A stretch of 64,000 nucleotides of DNA. It comes from a bacterium. Its GTDB lineage: Bacteria > Patescibacteriota > Saccharimonadia > UBA4664. The translations under genes were made by a program, and so were the position numbers. The stretch spans positions 1,223,436 to 1,287,435 of the forward strand of contig CP064960.1 of assembly GCA_016699105.1 (NCBI GenBank). The letters run 5' to 3'. Positions 1 to 9,817 of the stretch are shown piece by piece (position 1 is the stretch's first letter; each line of letters starts with the position of its first letter). Below the pieces are notes generated by a model. It had not been told where the DNA came from, did no database searches, and was given only the letters and a program-made list of their open reading frames with translations.

Positions 1-56
1 AAACCGTCAGGCGTGTAATCATTATCACCTATTGTATCAGGCTACTGGCAATCAAA

Positions 57-731
57 ATGATTTGGGAGTACCATGCAGCTATGAATCGTAAACTCACTGG
101 CACAGCGTTAGTCGTTCTTGGTTTGGTCTTATTATTGGCTAATCTCAATTTGTGGGGTATGCAAAGTTTGCTCAGCGATTGGTGGCCGATCATTGTGATT
201 GTGACTGGTCTACTGATGTATCTCAACGATAGCCGTAATTATGTCTGGTCGTTCCTGGTAACTGGCATTGGCACAGTTTTACTCTTAAAAACACTTGATA
301 TCACACAAGTAGATGTGGGCGATCTAATAGTACCCGGTATAATTATTGCAGTTGGTACCTCAATTTTGTTGCGTAACCGCTCACACGCCGCACAGGTGGA
401 ATCAGGCAATGAAGACATTACCGCGGTTTTGTCTGGCGTAACCCACCGCAATACCAGCAACGATTATCAGGGGTGCGAAGTGACGGCCGTCATGGGTGGT
501 GTCGAACTTGATTTGAGCAAAGTAACGATTGCCAAAGAGGCGGTCGTAGATGTGTTTATTTTGATGGGCGGGTTAGAGCTGCGGGTGCCCGATAATGTCA
601 TCGTTAAATCAAAAGCTGTGTGCATCTTGGGTGGGGTCGAAGACAAGACCAATCCCGCCGATGCCACTAAATCACCAGTATTGTACCTCGACGGTACCGT
701 AATAATGGGTGGCGTCGAAATTAAGCGCTAG
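57..731 (+). CDS. LiaF-like / DUF2154-type membrane protein (cell-wall stress response protein-like)
   Basis: N-terminal TM helices, then a repeated GGVE(L/I) beta-rich C-terminal module typical of LiaF/DUF2154 family. Confidence 0.45.
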   Translation: MIWEYHAAMNRKLTGTALVVLGLVLLLANLNLWGMQSLLSDWWPIIVIVTGLLMYLNDSRNYVWSFLVTGIGTVLLLKTLDITQVDVGDLIVPGIIIAVGTSILLRNRSHAAQVESGNEDITAVLSGVTHRNTSNDYQGCEVTAVMGGVELDLSKVTIAKEAVVDVFILMGGLELRVPDNVIVKSKAVCILGGVEDKTNPADATKSPVLYLDGTVIMGGVEIKR

Positions 732-1432
732 GTCGCGGTCTGGCGAATATGATCAAGTGCAGCAGCGGCAGCGGCTTGTTGGCCGGCTTGTTTGCTCGAG
801 CCGGTTCCAGTACCAAGCTGCTTGTCACCCACAAAGGCACCGATGGAAAACGTCTTGTCGTGGTCTGGGCCGTCTTCGGACAATACCCGATAGGCCGGCG
901 TGAGCCCAAATTGATCTTGAGCCATTTCTTGAAAACGACTCTTAGCATCCAGCCAAGTGCCATCGGCTAAGATAGCATCCAAACGCGATATGACACTCTG
1001 GGCAATAAAATTACGTGCTGCCTCATAGCCTTGGTCCAAATAGATAGCGCCGATCAGAGCTTCTACAGCATTGGCGGAAATGAGGGCATGGGAACGGGCA
1101 TTGCCTTTGGCTTCACCACGGGAAAGCTTGAAAAACTGGGCAATTTCGAGATTGATCGCAACTTCTGCTAAAGACTCAGTTTTGACGAGTGCCGAGCGCC
1201 AATTGGTGAGATCACCTTCGGGATTTGGAAAATTGCGGTAGAGGTGGTCGGTGACAGCAAGTTCAAGCACAGCATCGCCCAGGAATTCCAGGCGTTCATT
1301 GTGTTCGAGTCCGAGACCTGGATGCTCATTGAGATACGAACGATGAATAAAGGCTCGTTCGAGGAGCGAAGGATCGGCAAAGTTGAGACCGAGTTTAGCT
1401 TGAAAGTCTTGTAGTGGCGTGACAGTGGTCAT
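728..1432 (-). CDS. rnc: ribonuclease III
   Basis: RNase III signature ERLEFLGDAVLEL plus C-terminal dsRBD; 4-nt overlap with upstream ORF. Confidence 0.9.
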   Translation of the reverse strand: MTTVTPLQDFQAKLGLNFADPSLLERAFIHRSYLNEHPGLGLEHNERLEFLGDAVLELAVTDHLYRNFPNPEGDLTNWRSALVKTESLAEVAINLEIAQFFKLSRGEAKGNARSHALISANAVEALIGAIYLDQGYEAARNFIAQSVISRLDAILADGTWLDAKSRFQEMAQDQFGLTPAYRVLSEDGPDHDKTFSIGAFVGDKQLGTGTGSSKQAGQQAAAAAALDHIRQTAT

Positions 1433-1440
1433 ATTAATTC

Positions 1441-2100
1441 TTATGATACTCCAGTTTGGGGTTTAGACGCAGCCGAAATGGGCGGCTGGGCGGCATCTAA
1501 CCGGGCGAGTGCCATCCGGAAAAGCCGCTCAGTATCGCGATACTCGATCAAACCCAAGGCTTTACTGGCATCGAACCAGCGCGCATCAACGATGCCTTCT
1601 GAGTTTTCGGCGACGATTTTGTCGGTATCACCCACAGCTTCCATGAGGAATACATGCGTGGTCATAAAGATCAACTTGCCTTCCCGGCGATAGAAGAAGT
1701 GTAGTTTATCGAGTTTTTCGTCCAATCGTAAGTGACTCAAGCCCGTTTCTTCGGCAACTTCACGAACAGCTGTTTGTTCGATGGATTCTCCGGCTTCGAC
1801 ATGCCCTTTGGGTATACTCCAGCGGCCTTGACGATCCTGGATCATCAAGATTTCGACGCGACTGCCGAGAATACGATAAACTACTCCACCAGCGGTATAC
1901 TCCCTGGTCGCACGGATGCGGCCGGGAGCTTTGGTAGCTTTATTCCCTGAACGGTGGAACGACTTACGCCGTGCTGGTTTCTTGCGGTCTTCGGATTTTG
2001 GTTGGGGTTGGGGTTCTGACTCTGGTTCATAGAAATCGCTTGATCGGTAAATGGTGCCCAAAACACCGTTGATAAACTTACTTGGAGTTTTCGCCACCAA
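1441..2100 (-). CDS. NUDIX hydrolase
   Basis: Nudix box [22 protein letters not shown]; basic low-complexity N-terminus, start uncertain. Confidence 0.75.
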   Translation of the reverse strand: MVAKTPSKFINGVLGTIYRSSDFYEPESEPQPQPKSEDRKKPARRKSFHRSGNKATKAPGRIRATREYTAGGVVYRILGSRVEILMIQDRQGRWSIPKGHVEAGESIEQTAVREVAEETGLSHLRLDEKLDKLHFFYRREGKLIFMTTHVFLMEAVGDTDKIVAENSEGIVDARWFDASKALGLIEYRDTERLFRMALARLDAAQPPISAASKPQTGVS

Positions 2101-2455
2101 ACGTCTTAGCCAATTCGACGGCCTCGTTGATAGCTACTTTGGGCGGAACTTCGCGTTTGTTAATGAGTTCATAAACGCCAATACGCAAGATAATCTTGTC
2201 GATTTTGGCGATCTGATCTACTGGCCATTCGGGCGCTGCCGGTCCGATAATGGCATCTATATCAGGTAAATGAGATGATACACCATCGACGATATCTTGA
2301 ACGAAGTTGGTGTCGTCTATATTTGACCGGAATTCGTCGAGATTGCGCTCGAGAATTGGGGATAGCTCTAAACCTGACGTCTCACCGCCTCGAAAGTCAT
2401 GCTCATAGAGCGTTTGCATGGCTACGATGCGGCCGAGGTGGCGATTGCTAGCCAC
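2078..2455 (-). CDS. nusB: transcription antitermination factor NusB
   Basis: NusB-like N-terminus [17 protein letters not shown], ~125 aa all-helical. Confidence 0.75.
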   Translation of the reverse strand: MASNRHLGRIVAMQTLYEHDFRGGETSGLELSPILERNLDEFRSNIDDTNFVQDIVDGVSSHLPDIDAIIGPAAPEWPVDQIAKIDKIILRIGVYELINKREVPPKVAINEAVELAKTFGGENSK

Positions 2456-2606
2456 GTTTGACGAGTCCTAGCTCGACCGCTTTCTTGAGGCGGCGGGGTA
2501 CGAGTCCGCCAGCAGTGGTACGGACCAGCTGGACGGCTTTGAGAGCCAGGTGAGACCGCCGTTGGCCTTGGGCGCCGCGGGTAGTGCGTTTTTTGGGAAC
2601 TGCCAT
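2448..2606 (-). CDS. rpmF: 50S ribosomal protein L32
   Basis: Unlisted small ORF translating [23 protein letters not shown]..., the canonical L32 N-terminus; sits downstream of the YceD-like gene as in many bacteria. Confidence 0.65.
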   Translation of the reverse strand: MAVPKKRTTRGAQGQRRSHLALKAVQLVRTTAGGLVPRRLKKAVELGLVKRG

Positions 2607-2612
2607 GATAGT

Positions 2613-3032
2613 TTACCTTTCGTTAGAACTTGTGGCGTTGTCTGACCAATCCAAGCCGGGGCAATCAGGTCGGTCGAGTAACTTGATGGGCAGACTCAAC
2701 AGTATTTCCTGTTGAATTATGTCATCGAGGCTAATTTCGTCTCTGATAATCGGTTGTTCATCTTCGGTCGGCCTTTGGGCAAAGGTCTGCCGGATGTGCA
2801 CCCGCACTGGGTGGTCAAAAGGGCGCAAGCAACGGTGACATTCGAGCTTGATGATAGCATTGATGGTGCCATCGATAGATACCGCTTTGGCTGCCGTCTT
2901 GGTGATGGTTACCGTTCCGTCGACCGGCTCGGTTAACTCAACCTCGTCCAAATCAGGATTTTCGTCTGATATGGTAAAGGCCCGGCGATATCCGGTATCT
3001 TGGGCTAAAATGTCTCGTACATTGATGTGCAT
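2613..3032 (-). CDS. yceD: YceD/DUF177 family protein (large-subunit rRNA accumulation protein)
   Basis: CHRC...C metal-binding-like motifs; conserved position immediately upstream of rpmF. Confidence 0.7.
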   Translation of the reverse strand: MHINVRDILAQDTGYRRAFTISDENPDLDEVELTEPVDGTVTITKTAAKAVSIDGTINAIIKLECHRCLRPFDHPVRVHIRQTFAQRPTEDEQPIIRDEISLDDIIQQEILLSLPIKLLDRPDCPGLDWSDNATSSNER

Positions 3033-3096
3033 CGCACTCTTGGCGCAGATTATAACAGATCCGGAGGCTGTTTGGCAAACAGGCCGCCTGAGTTGA

Positions 3097-4268
3097 TTAA
3101 TCGGCGCCTACTCCTTCCAACTCTTGATTAAATGATTGGTCATAATTGCCACTGCCATTGGCATCCCAATAATGATGGGCTTCGTAGCGGATATTGGCGT
3201 CGGGGTCCTGGATCCAGGCATGAGGATGATTGGTACGCCAACGTGCCAAACTGGACCAATCGTAGCCGGATACAGCAATCGTTTTGTGAAAACCTGAAGC
3301 CCGCAAGGCCGAGACCACAGATTGACTAGCGGCTTCCCAAGTTTGCGCGGCGCTACCCACAGCCGAAGCTGGTAAGTCATGTGGTTCATTCATGATGCCG
3401 ACTCCGATCACGGCTGAATGATTACCGAGAGCTGATGCCAGCTTGATCCAGACATCAGCTAATTGGTCCGAAGTAAGTTGCTCGGTACCCAAAATAAATT
3501 CTCCCGCATCCGTGCGATAACGACCATAATTATGCAATCGAGCACGACTCGTAGATGGGCGGCGGCGGCAAAATCTAATTGTTGACGCACCGCTACTACT
3601 TCGGCATCTTTGAGCGGTCCACCCAATTCGGGTTGCAATCGTTCCCAGCGCAATGGTAGGCGGATCAGTGTCAATCCTCGGCTGGCTACGTAATTATAAC
3701 TGGAAGCGGGCTCATAGAAATAATCCCGTCCGGGCTCACCAGGAATTTGAGCAGTCAATTGGGTGCCAAATTCCATACCGGCGACATTGACTCCATATAA
3801 ACCCAGGTGAGTATGGTTTAAGGCCGTTTCAAGACTGTTGGCGGTAGCCCGAGCCGTATCAATGCCTTGGCCTTGACTCGATCCGTACAGCGTCATGGGA
3901 TAGTCACCCCAATGACTGCCAGCCGCCCAGCCAGTTACCCAGAGATCTTGTTGACGGGCACTTTGGAACCAAACGTCAGCCACCGCGTTCCAGCGACTTT
4001 GATCAGCACCTAGGGGCCAGCCGAGCTCACCGACAAAACCGGGGGCTTGATTTTCGGCTAGCCAACTTTTGAAGTCGTCGAGTTGCGTAACCGCCCGTTC
4101 TTCGACCGCGTTACTGACGCGAGGATATACCGGAAGCGGCAACCAACCATTGGTATCGATTTGACTTTGGAGCAGTACAGTACCACAAACGGCCACGGTG
4201 GCTCCGAATACCCCCAGGCTCAACCAGACGCGGGACGGCCAGAGTTGCGGCCCTTTAGGCCAAGTCAT
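3097..4268 (-). CDS. glycoside hydrolase family 5-like (cellulase family), secreted; split by a 1-nt frameshift near 3534-3537
   Basis: Signal-peptide-like N-terminus. GH5 motifs present: RLPLRWE, LDC(H)NYG (restored by adding one C), IMNEPHD (acid/base Glu), HHYWD, GELGWP (nucleophile-like). Motif order looks permuted. Confidence 0.5.
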
Positions 4269-5604
4269 GCAGAATCTCCGCCGCTACGACCCGGCCATCA
4301 CGCACCGCATAGTTTGTGCCACGATCCTCAGGAAATATTTGACAAAAGTTTGATAGATAAACGCCAGGCAAGGGTGTGCGGCGAGCAGGTATCTTGGATT
4401 CATAATCGATACCCACAATGTGCTGGGCATTGGCAAATTTGAATACATAGCTTTCCTTAACCCACTCGGTAGAAAATTTGGGAAACAACTTCGACAGTCC
4501 AGTAAGCCATTTATCCTTAATTTGATCCTCGGTCAGTTTCAACAATGGGCTATCGGCGGATACATAATCGCCAATGTAATACACGTAATGCCCCCCGATA
4601 TTGGCTGGTCCGACAAGCGCATCAAGACTTAAAAATACCAAGAATGGCGCATCAATGTCATGGATCTGGTGCCAATAGCGGTCGGTAATGGGCTGGTCGG
4701 TCGTAAAGACCATGACCACTGCCGACAGATACGTGATGTCCTGAAGCTGGCGGCTGTAAGGTGTAGTCATAGCCGGATGGTTGGATGCCAATCGTGCGAG
4801 TACACCGGACGGCAGGGCTGCGAGAATCGCATCATAAACTTTGGTTTTACCCCCAAGAACTACGGCCGGGTGACCATTGGTTTCGGTGATTGCCGACAAT
4901 TGCGTCTGCGTCTGAATAGTTACACCCAAGCGACGGAGCTCGGTTTCCAGTTGACGGACGACTACTTGGAATCCACCTTCGTAGTAACCGAGTCGTTCGG
5001 ATTGTTCACCTTTGATTTTGGACGTCTGGCGGACGTGAATACGAGTCCACAGCCAAGCCATGGTTACTTGGTCCCAATACTTGTCGAACTTACCAACGAG
5101 CAATGGTTTCCAGATGAGATCGGCTGCCCGGCGACCATTCCAGCGACACAGCCATTGGTAGGCAGTGATCTGGGTGAGTGGTTGCCAACGCTTGAGGGTC
5201 AATAACCTCAACCCAGTCAGCCCTGTGCGGAATCGGTCGAGTAAACTCAATGGTCCAAAGCTGAGCAAATCTTTGGCCGTCGTAAACGGATACAGTTTGC
5301 CTCGGTAAAAAGCACCAATGGAACTGGGATAGAAGTGCAATTTGTCGGCCACACCCAATTCTTGGCTGAGTTCAATCATGTAATTGTCGGTGGTATAGAG
5401 AAAATGATACGCTCTCTCCAGCGGTGTACCGTCGGCTAGTTGAAAGCCGGCAGCCAGCCCGCCCAAGGTATTGCCGGCTTCGTAGATAGTTACATGACAG
5501 CCGGCTTTGGCAAGTTCATAGGCAGCTGTCAAACCGGTGAAACCGCCCCCAATTATGGCTACTGAGTGGCGAGTAGTCTTATTCATTGGTACCGCCAGTC
5601 GCAA
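4255..5604 (-). CDS. FAD/NAD(P)-binding oxidoreductase (amine oxidase / phytoene desaturase / HemY superfamily)
   Basis: N-terminal Rossmann dinucleotide motif VAIIGGGFTGLTAAYELAKAG...E; ~450 aa; 4-codon overlap with the GH5-like gene. Confidence 0.55.
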   Translation of the reverse strand: MRLAVPMNKTTRHSVAIIGGGFTGLTAAYELAKAGCHVTIYEAGNTLGGLAAGFQLADGTPLERAYHFLYTTDNYMIELSQELGVADKLHFYPSSIGAFYRGKLYPFTTAKDLLSFGPLSLLDRFRTGLTGLRLLTLKRWQPLTQITAYQWLCRWNGRRAADLIWKPLLVGKFDKYWDQVTMAWLWTRIHVRQTSKIKGEQSERLGYYEGGFQVVVRQLETELRRLGVTIQTQTQLSAITETNGHPAVVLGGKTKVYDAILAALPSGVLARLASNHPAMTTPYSRQLQDITYLSAVVMVFTTDQPITDRYWHQIHDIDAPFLVFLSLDALVGPANIGGHYVYYIGDYVSADSPLLKLTEDQIKDKWLTGLSKLFPKFSTEWVKESYVFKFANAQHIVGIDYESKIPARRTPLPGVYLSNFCQIFPEDRGTNYAVRDGRVVAAEILHDLA

Positions 5605-5959
5605 AGGTCAAGCGCGAATTTAGGTAGAATTGCAGCACAAAGACAAATGGTAGTGTGCCAATTTTGGCCCAGGTTTGATTGACACCGCTGGCCACCAAGC
5701 CGGCTAAAATAGCCGTGCTGAGCACATAGCCGGCACCGCTGACACCGGCAAAACTGGCGAATCGTTGTATCAAGCGGTTGCTCGTTTGAAAATTGTATCG
5801 AGCATTGAGAGCAAAGCTATACAACATGGCCAAGCCGATAGAAAGGGCGTTGGCCAATACAATCGGTAGACCAACGATTGAACCGAGCAGCCAGAATAGG
5901 GTGACATCAATAACGACCGCTCCCCCACCGATGACAGCATACCAAGCTAGGCGTTTCAC
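5579..5959 (-). CDS. GtrA family membrane protein (polysaccharide synthesis/translocation)
   Basis: ~126 aa, 4 TM helices, GtrA-like signature; overlaps neighbouring genes in an operon. Confidence 0.7.
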   Translation of the reverse strand: MKRLAWYAVIGGGAVVIDVTLFWLLGSIVGLPIVLANALSIGLAMLYSFALNARYNFQTSNRLIQRFASFAGVSGAGYVLSTAILAGLVASGVNQTWAKIGTLPFVFVLQFYLNSRLTFATGGTNE

Positions 5960-7179
5960 TATTTGAGCTCCATTCTGAGGCTGGCAGGAAGGTGCCTCTG
6001 AAAATTATGCCACTGCCAATACCAAACCTGGTCTAAATAACTACCGCCCTCACCCCAGTATCCATCCACATGGTACTGGTCATGTATCTCATATGTGTAG
6101 AGGGTTTGCAATTGCTCTGAGTCGACAATCTGGTTGGTTTGACCATACATCAGCCAGGCGATGTCGGCTGGTGGCGAGGCAATGCGGGAGCGGAAATCGC
6201 GCAGCAGTGGTTCAATTTGAGTCAAGGTAGAGCGGGCTGTCTGAGCTCGGGTCTTGTCTGGTGTAGTGTATTCCTCAACCAGATGATAGACCAGTAAGAG
6301 ACTATCGTAGCCAAAGCTGTCAGCTGCCGGACCCATGACACTGCGAGCAGATGTGACCTCGCCGGCGGCACTCACCAATACCCAATCAGGTAACTGGTCA
6401 GCAGCCAGCAATGAATTGATGGTCGTATAATTGTCCCGTACCAATTCTGCCCAAGCATATTGCGGTACTTTGGTTGCTAGATAGGCGTAGGTGTCGGGAT
6501 CAAAATATCCTGGATTGACCAAGTGCGGATTGCGGCTTCCATCAGCTGACGAATCGACAAACCACCGCCCGCCCGCCTTGAAGACACACTTGGACCACCA
6601 ATCGGCAGTGTGGCGGGAAGCAGTTGAGGCATAGCCTTGACCTGGCCATTTTTCATCGGCTCGAAACAGCGCTGCGGCGGTGAGCTGATCAGCCGAGCAA
6701 ACATTATTGGCGTCGGCCAAACCGTAGACGCCACTGGCGTTTTTGGCCCATTTCCAGGACAACAAACTGTCATTTTGACGGTGGCGTAAATGGTCTTGAG
6801 TCCATTGCCACAGACCAGCAAACATAGCTTTGTCATTTTCGGCAACCGCGCGGTTGAGCGCCTGAGCCTGGGAATACGATGTCGTCAATCCCTGATTGTT
6901 GGGGTCGACTACTTGGCCATAACTAATAATGTAATGGTCTTTGAAATATGCCCAGGAATCTTGGAGGACGATCTCATTGCGACTCTTAACCCGATAAACT
7001 TGAGCCCAGTCGCCATTGGTCGAAATATAATTCGGTAAATCGATGAAACTTGAGGCACCAGTCGTAAAATCGGCGACCAGTTCGGAGTGATCAATATGAG
7101 CTTCATCTTGGGAGTGGTGCCGGCTTTGATCTGGCTTACGATTTCGTGCGTCAGGATCAAATATTCGATATTGCGCCAA
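5959..7179 (-). CDS. glycoside hydrolase family 8-like (endo-beta-1,4-glucanase, BcsZ-like) domain
   Basis: GH8-like blocks: WAYFKDHYIISYGQVVD...TTSYSQAQA (cf. TSEGQ), AGLWQWTQDHL, ADANNV..DQ. No signal peptide. N-terminus overlaps the upstream GT-C ORF by 270 nt in another frame, so a frameshift-masked fusion is possible. Confidence 0.55.
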   Translation of the reverse strand: MAQYRIFDPDARNRKPDQSRHHSQDEAHIDHSELVADFTTGASSFIDLPNYISTNGDWAQVYRVKSRNEIVLQDSWAYFKDHYIISYGQVVDPNNQGLTTSYSQAQALNRAVAENDKAMFAGLWQWTQDHLRHRQNDSLLSWKWAKNASGVYGLADANNVCSADQLTAAALFRADEKWPGQGYASTASRHTADWWSKCVFKAGGRWFVDSSADGSRNPHLVNPGYFDPDTYAYLATKVPQYAWAELVRDNYTTINSLLAADQLPDWVLVSAAGEVTSARSVMGPAADSFGYDSLLLVYHLVEEYTTPDKTRAQTARSTLTQIEPLLRDFRSRIASPPADIAWLMYGQTNQIVDSEQLQTLYTYEIHDQYHVDGYWGEGGSYLDQVWYWQWHNFQRHLPASLRMELK

Positions 7180-8549
7180 TCATCATCATAGGTCTGTCGG
7201 ACCTCGGGATCGTATTCGGCGGTAAAGAAATAGCTCACATGTTGGTACGCGCGCTGTTGCACAAAATATGGATACACGTAGTTGTCTGCGACAATGTGGG
7301 CTGAAGTGGGAATATGGGTCTGAACCCAATCGAGGGCTGCTTGCTGGTTGGAAGTTTCGGATACAGTGTATGGCTTGGCTCCTAATACCGACAGCGTGAG
7401 CAATAATAATATAAATCCGGCGGCCAAATGCACCCGCCTAAACCAACGCCAGCGACGAGGCCAGAGTTCTTGACCCAGCACGACCCAAAAACTAGCGATA
7501 GTAGCCGCCAGAAGCGGAATGTAGGGCACAATATACAGATCTATCACTATTTTGCCGCGAGCCAAAAACAATAAATAGAGCCAACAAGCAACAGCAAGTA
7601 CGATTAGGTAGGGATACCGACGACGACGCCAGATCGCCATGGCGGTCAAGCCGATCAAGCCGATAGCACCCCCAAGCAAGATAAATGGATCTTTGAGCGC
7701 CCACGTATTTAGGTTTAGCCGAAAGCTACTACGTGCTTGCCACGGCCAGGCAAAGTCGCCTCGGCCTAATTGCAGCTGAAAAGTTTCAACCATGCTGACA
7801 TGGAGCGGTTGGCCCGAGGCGTCGCGGGGAGCGGGTAGAAGTTCGCCCTTGAGGGCAGCATATAAGAAAAACACCAGTATCATGGCGCCAACGACGAACG
7901 TCCAATACAACAAAGCGTGCAACCGGTGGCCGGGATCGGCTTTTTTCCAGATGAGATACCAAAATGCTGGTAAGAAGAAGATGGCGTTGAGTTTGGTGAG
8001 GACAGCTATGCCCAAGAAGACGGCGCTCCAGATATAGTGATGCAATTGATGAGCTGGGCGGCTGGCCCACCACAAACTGAGCAGAACCCAAAAGGTCATG
8101 AGATTGTCGAGCAAAATGCGGCGCTGAAAATAGATGCCCAACGGCGACAAACTAAAAATTAAAACCGCACCAAAACCAGCGGCTTTGCTACCGTGAGTGA
8201 GTCGTTTGGTAACAGCGTAAAGTAATACACACGAACTCAAATGAATGATCAGCATAAACACTCGGCCACTCGTGACGAATGATCCAAACAGATTGTCGGT
8301 GCCACCAGTCAGCCACAACCAGGCACCAATGGTGATCCAACCAAGCGGCGCATGGTCATAGCGGTAGGTATAAACATCAAGTTGGCCAGTAGTTATAAAC
8401 TGCCATCCCCGTGATATGTAGGTGGCTTCATCGTTTTCGATGTATGGATAACCGGTCATATTCCAGCCATGGGCTAAACCGGCAACCACGAGCAATCCGA
8501 CAACAAGCCAAGTTTCGGGACGTTTGAGAAATTTGATGAGACGGTTCAT
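6909..8549 (-). CDS. GT-C fold glycosyltransferase, ArnT/PMT (GT39/GT83)-like polyprenol-phosphate-sugar-dependent transferase
   Basis: Start at MNRLIKFLKRP (abuts upstream stop). >10 TM helices. Loop-1 YIENDEATYISRGWQF DE-motif typical of PMT_2/ArnT family. C-terminal ~90 codons are ambiguous: they overlap the GH8 ORF. Confidence 0.6.
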   Translation of the reverse strand: MNRLIKFLKRPETWLVVGLLVVAGLAHGWNMTGYPYIENDEATYISRGWQFITTGQLDVYTYRYDHAPLGWITIGAWLWLTGGTDNLFGSFVTSGRVFMLIIHLSSCVLLYAVTKRLTHGSKAAGFGAVLIFSLSPLGIYFQRRILLDNLMTFWVLLSLWWASRPAHQLHHYIWSAVFLGIAVLTKLNAIFFLPAFWYLIWKKADPGHRLHALLYWTFVVGAMILVFFLYAALKGELLPAPRDASGQPLHVSMVETFQLQLGRGDFAWPWQARSSFRLNLNTWALKDPFILLGGAIGLIGLTAMAIWRRRRYPYLIVLAVACWLYLLFLARGKIVIDLYIVPYIPLLAATIASFWVVLGQELWPRRWRWFRRVHLAAGFILLLLTLSVLGAKPYTVSETSNQQAALDWVQTHIPTSAHIVADNYVYPYFVQQRAYQHVSYFFTAEYDPEVRQTYDDDWRNIEYLILTHEIVSQIKAGTTPKMKLILITPNWSPILRLVPQVSSIYRIIFRPMATGLKFIGLRVAMRSSSKIPGHISKTITLLVMAK

Positions 8550-9817
8550 AGTACACTCCGGTTCGGTGGTCGGTGGGCGCCGAGGTGGGCAGTTTTTTCC
8601 CAGCCGTGATGGCCCCGGTGATGTCGCCAGAGAGCGCGCCAAGCAGCTGCTGACAGTAACAATTGGTATGGTAAGTAGGCTAACAAAAAGCGGACGTAAT
8701 GATACCAACGTACCGGACGTTGTTGCTCTTGCCCAAACTCATACAAGCCAACAAGACTGACTAAAATACTCAAAATACTGAGCAATAATGGCATAAACGA
8801 CAGTAAGCTGACAAATATATTGGCCTGCAAATACAGCCCCAGCAAGAGGGTAAGCGGCGCCAATGCTAATACCCAAGCCATAAAGCTGGGGCTTTGCAAA
8901 ATATAGAGTACGAGGCCAATTTGTTTGCCGTAGGACAACCGACGCCAGTCACCTTTGGAGGTGATCTGAAGAAATCCTTGATTCCACCTGGTGCGCTGTT
9001 TGATGAATGCCGAGACGGTAGCGGGCGTTTCTTCGCGGGTAACATGACTGGCGTCGTACATAACACCAAAACGCTTGCCAGCCAGACTGAGGCGGATACC
9101 GATATCGGCGTCTTCGGTCAGGCAGCTCTCATCCCAGCCCCCAACTCCGAGTACATCGGCTTTGCGGAAAAAGACCGTATTACCGCCGAGTGGCACGATG
9201 CCAGCTCGGGCGTAATAATGCATCCGGGACTTAAACCAAAAGAAATATTCTAAAACATTGGCGGCACTAAACCAGCGGCTGTCAAAATTCATCAGTTGAA
9301 CTCCGCCCTGCAAGATATCGATAGCTTGGTTGTGATAAAGGGTGTTGGCAATATTTAAAATATCGGGGCTGACATCGTCTTCGGCGTCAAAAATGGTCAC
9401 CAGCTCATGACGCGCAGCTGCCAGCCCGATGTTCATAGCCCGGGCTTTGCCACTGGGTGGGTCGAATACAATCACCCGGGCGTTGGTAATGTGGTTTTGG
9501 GCGATGCTATCGCGAGCAGCAGTGATAGTATCTTGGTCATCAGGTGTACAGAGCACGATTAATTCGAATTTGTGAACCGGATAATTGATGGCCGCCAAAG
9601 CCTTAAGTGTTTCGCCGATGACCTGGTGTTCGTGGCGGCTGGGTAACAAAATACTGAAGCCAAAGAGCGGCGGACGGTACGTTTTGGGTGCACGAGCGTG
9701 GTCAATGCGAGCCGGATCAGCCCAGGCATACAACGTGAGATACAGATTGACGAAGCCGTGAAGCGTCAAAGCGAGGGCAAAGCCGGCTAGTAGCCATGTC
9801 TGAACATCACTTAGCAT
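8546..9817 (-). CDS. processive family-2 glycosyltransferase (cellulose/chitin/PNAG-synthase-like), integral membrane
   Basis: GT-A motifs DAEDD and DxD, plus processive-GT signature QRTRW (QxxRW). Flanking TM helices. Confidence 0.7.
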   Translation of the reverse strand: MLSDVQTWLLAGFALALTLHGFVNLYLTLYAWADPARIDHARAPKTYRPPLFGFSILLPSRHEHQVIGETLKALAAINYPVHKFELIVLCTPDDQDTITAARDSIAQNHITNARVIVFDPPSGKARAMNIGLAAARHELVTIFDAEDDVSPDILNIANTLYHNQAIDILQGGVQLMNFDSRWFSAANVLEYFFWFKSRMHYYARAGIVPLGGNTVFFRKADVLGVGGWDESCLTEDADIGIRLSLAGKRFGVMYDASHVTREETPATVSAFIKQRTRWNQGFLQITSKGDWRRLSYGKQIGLVLYILQSPSFMAWVLALAPLTLLLGLYLQANIFVSLLSFMPLLLSILSILVSLVGLYEFGQEQQRPVRWYHYVRFLLAYLPYQLLLSAAAWRALWRHHRGHHGWEKTAHLGAHRPPNRSVL

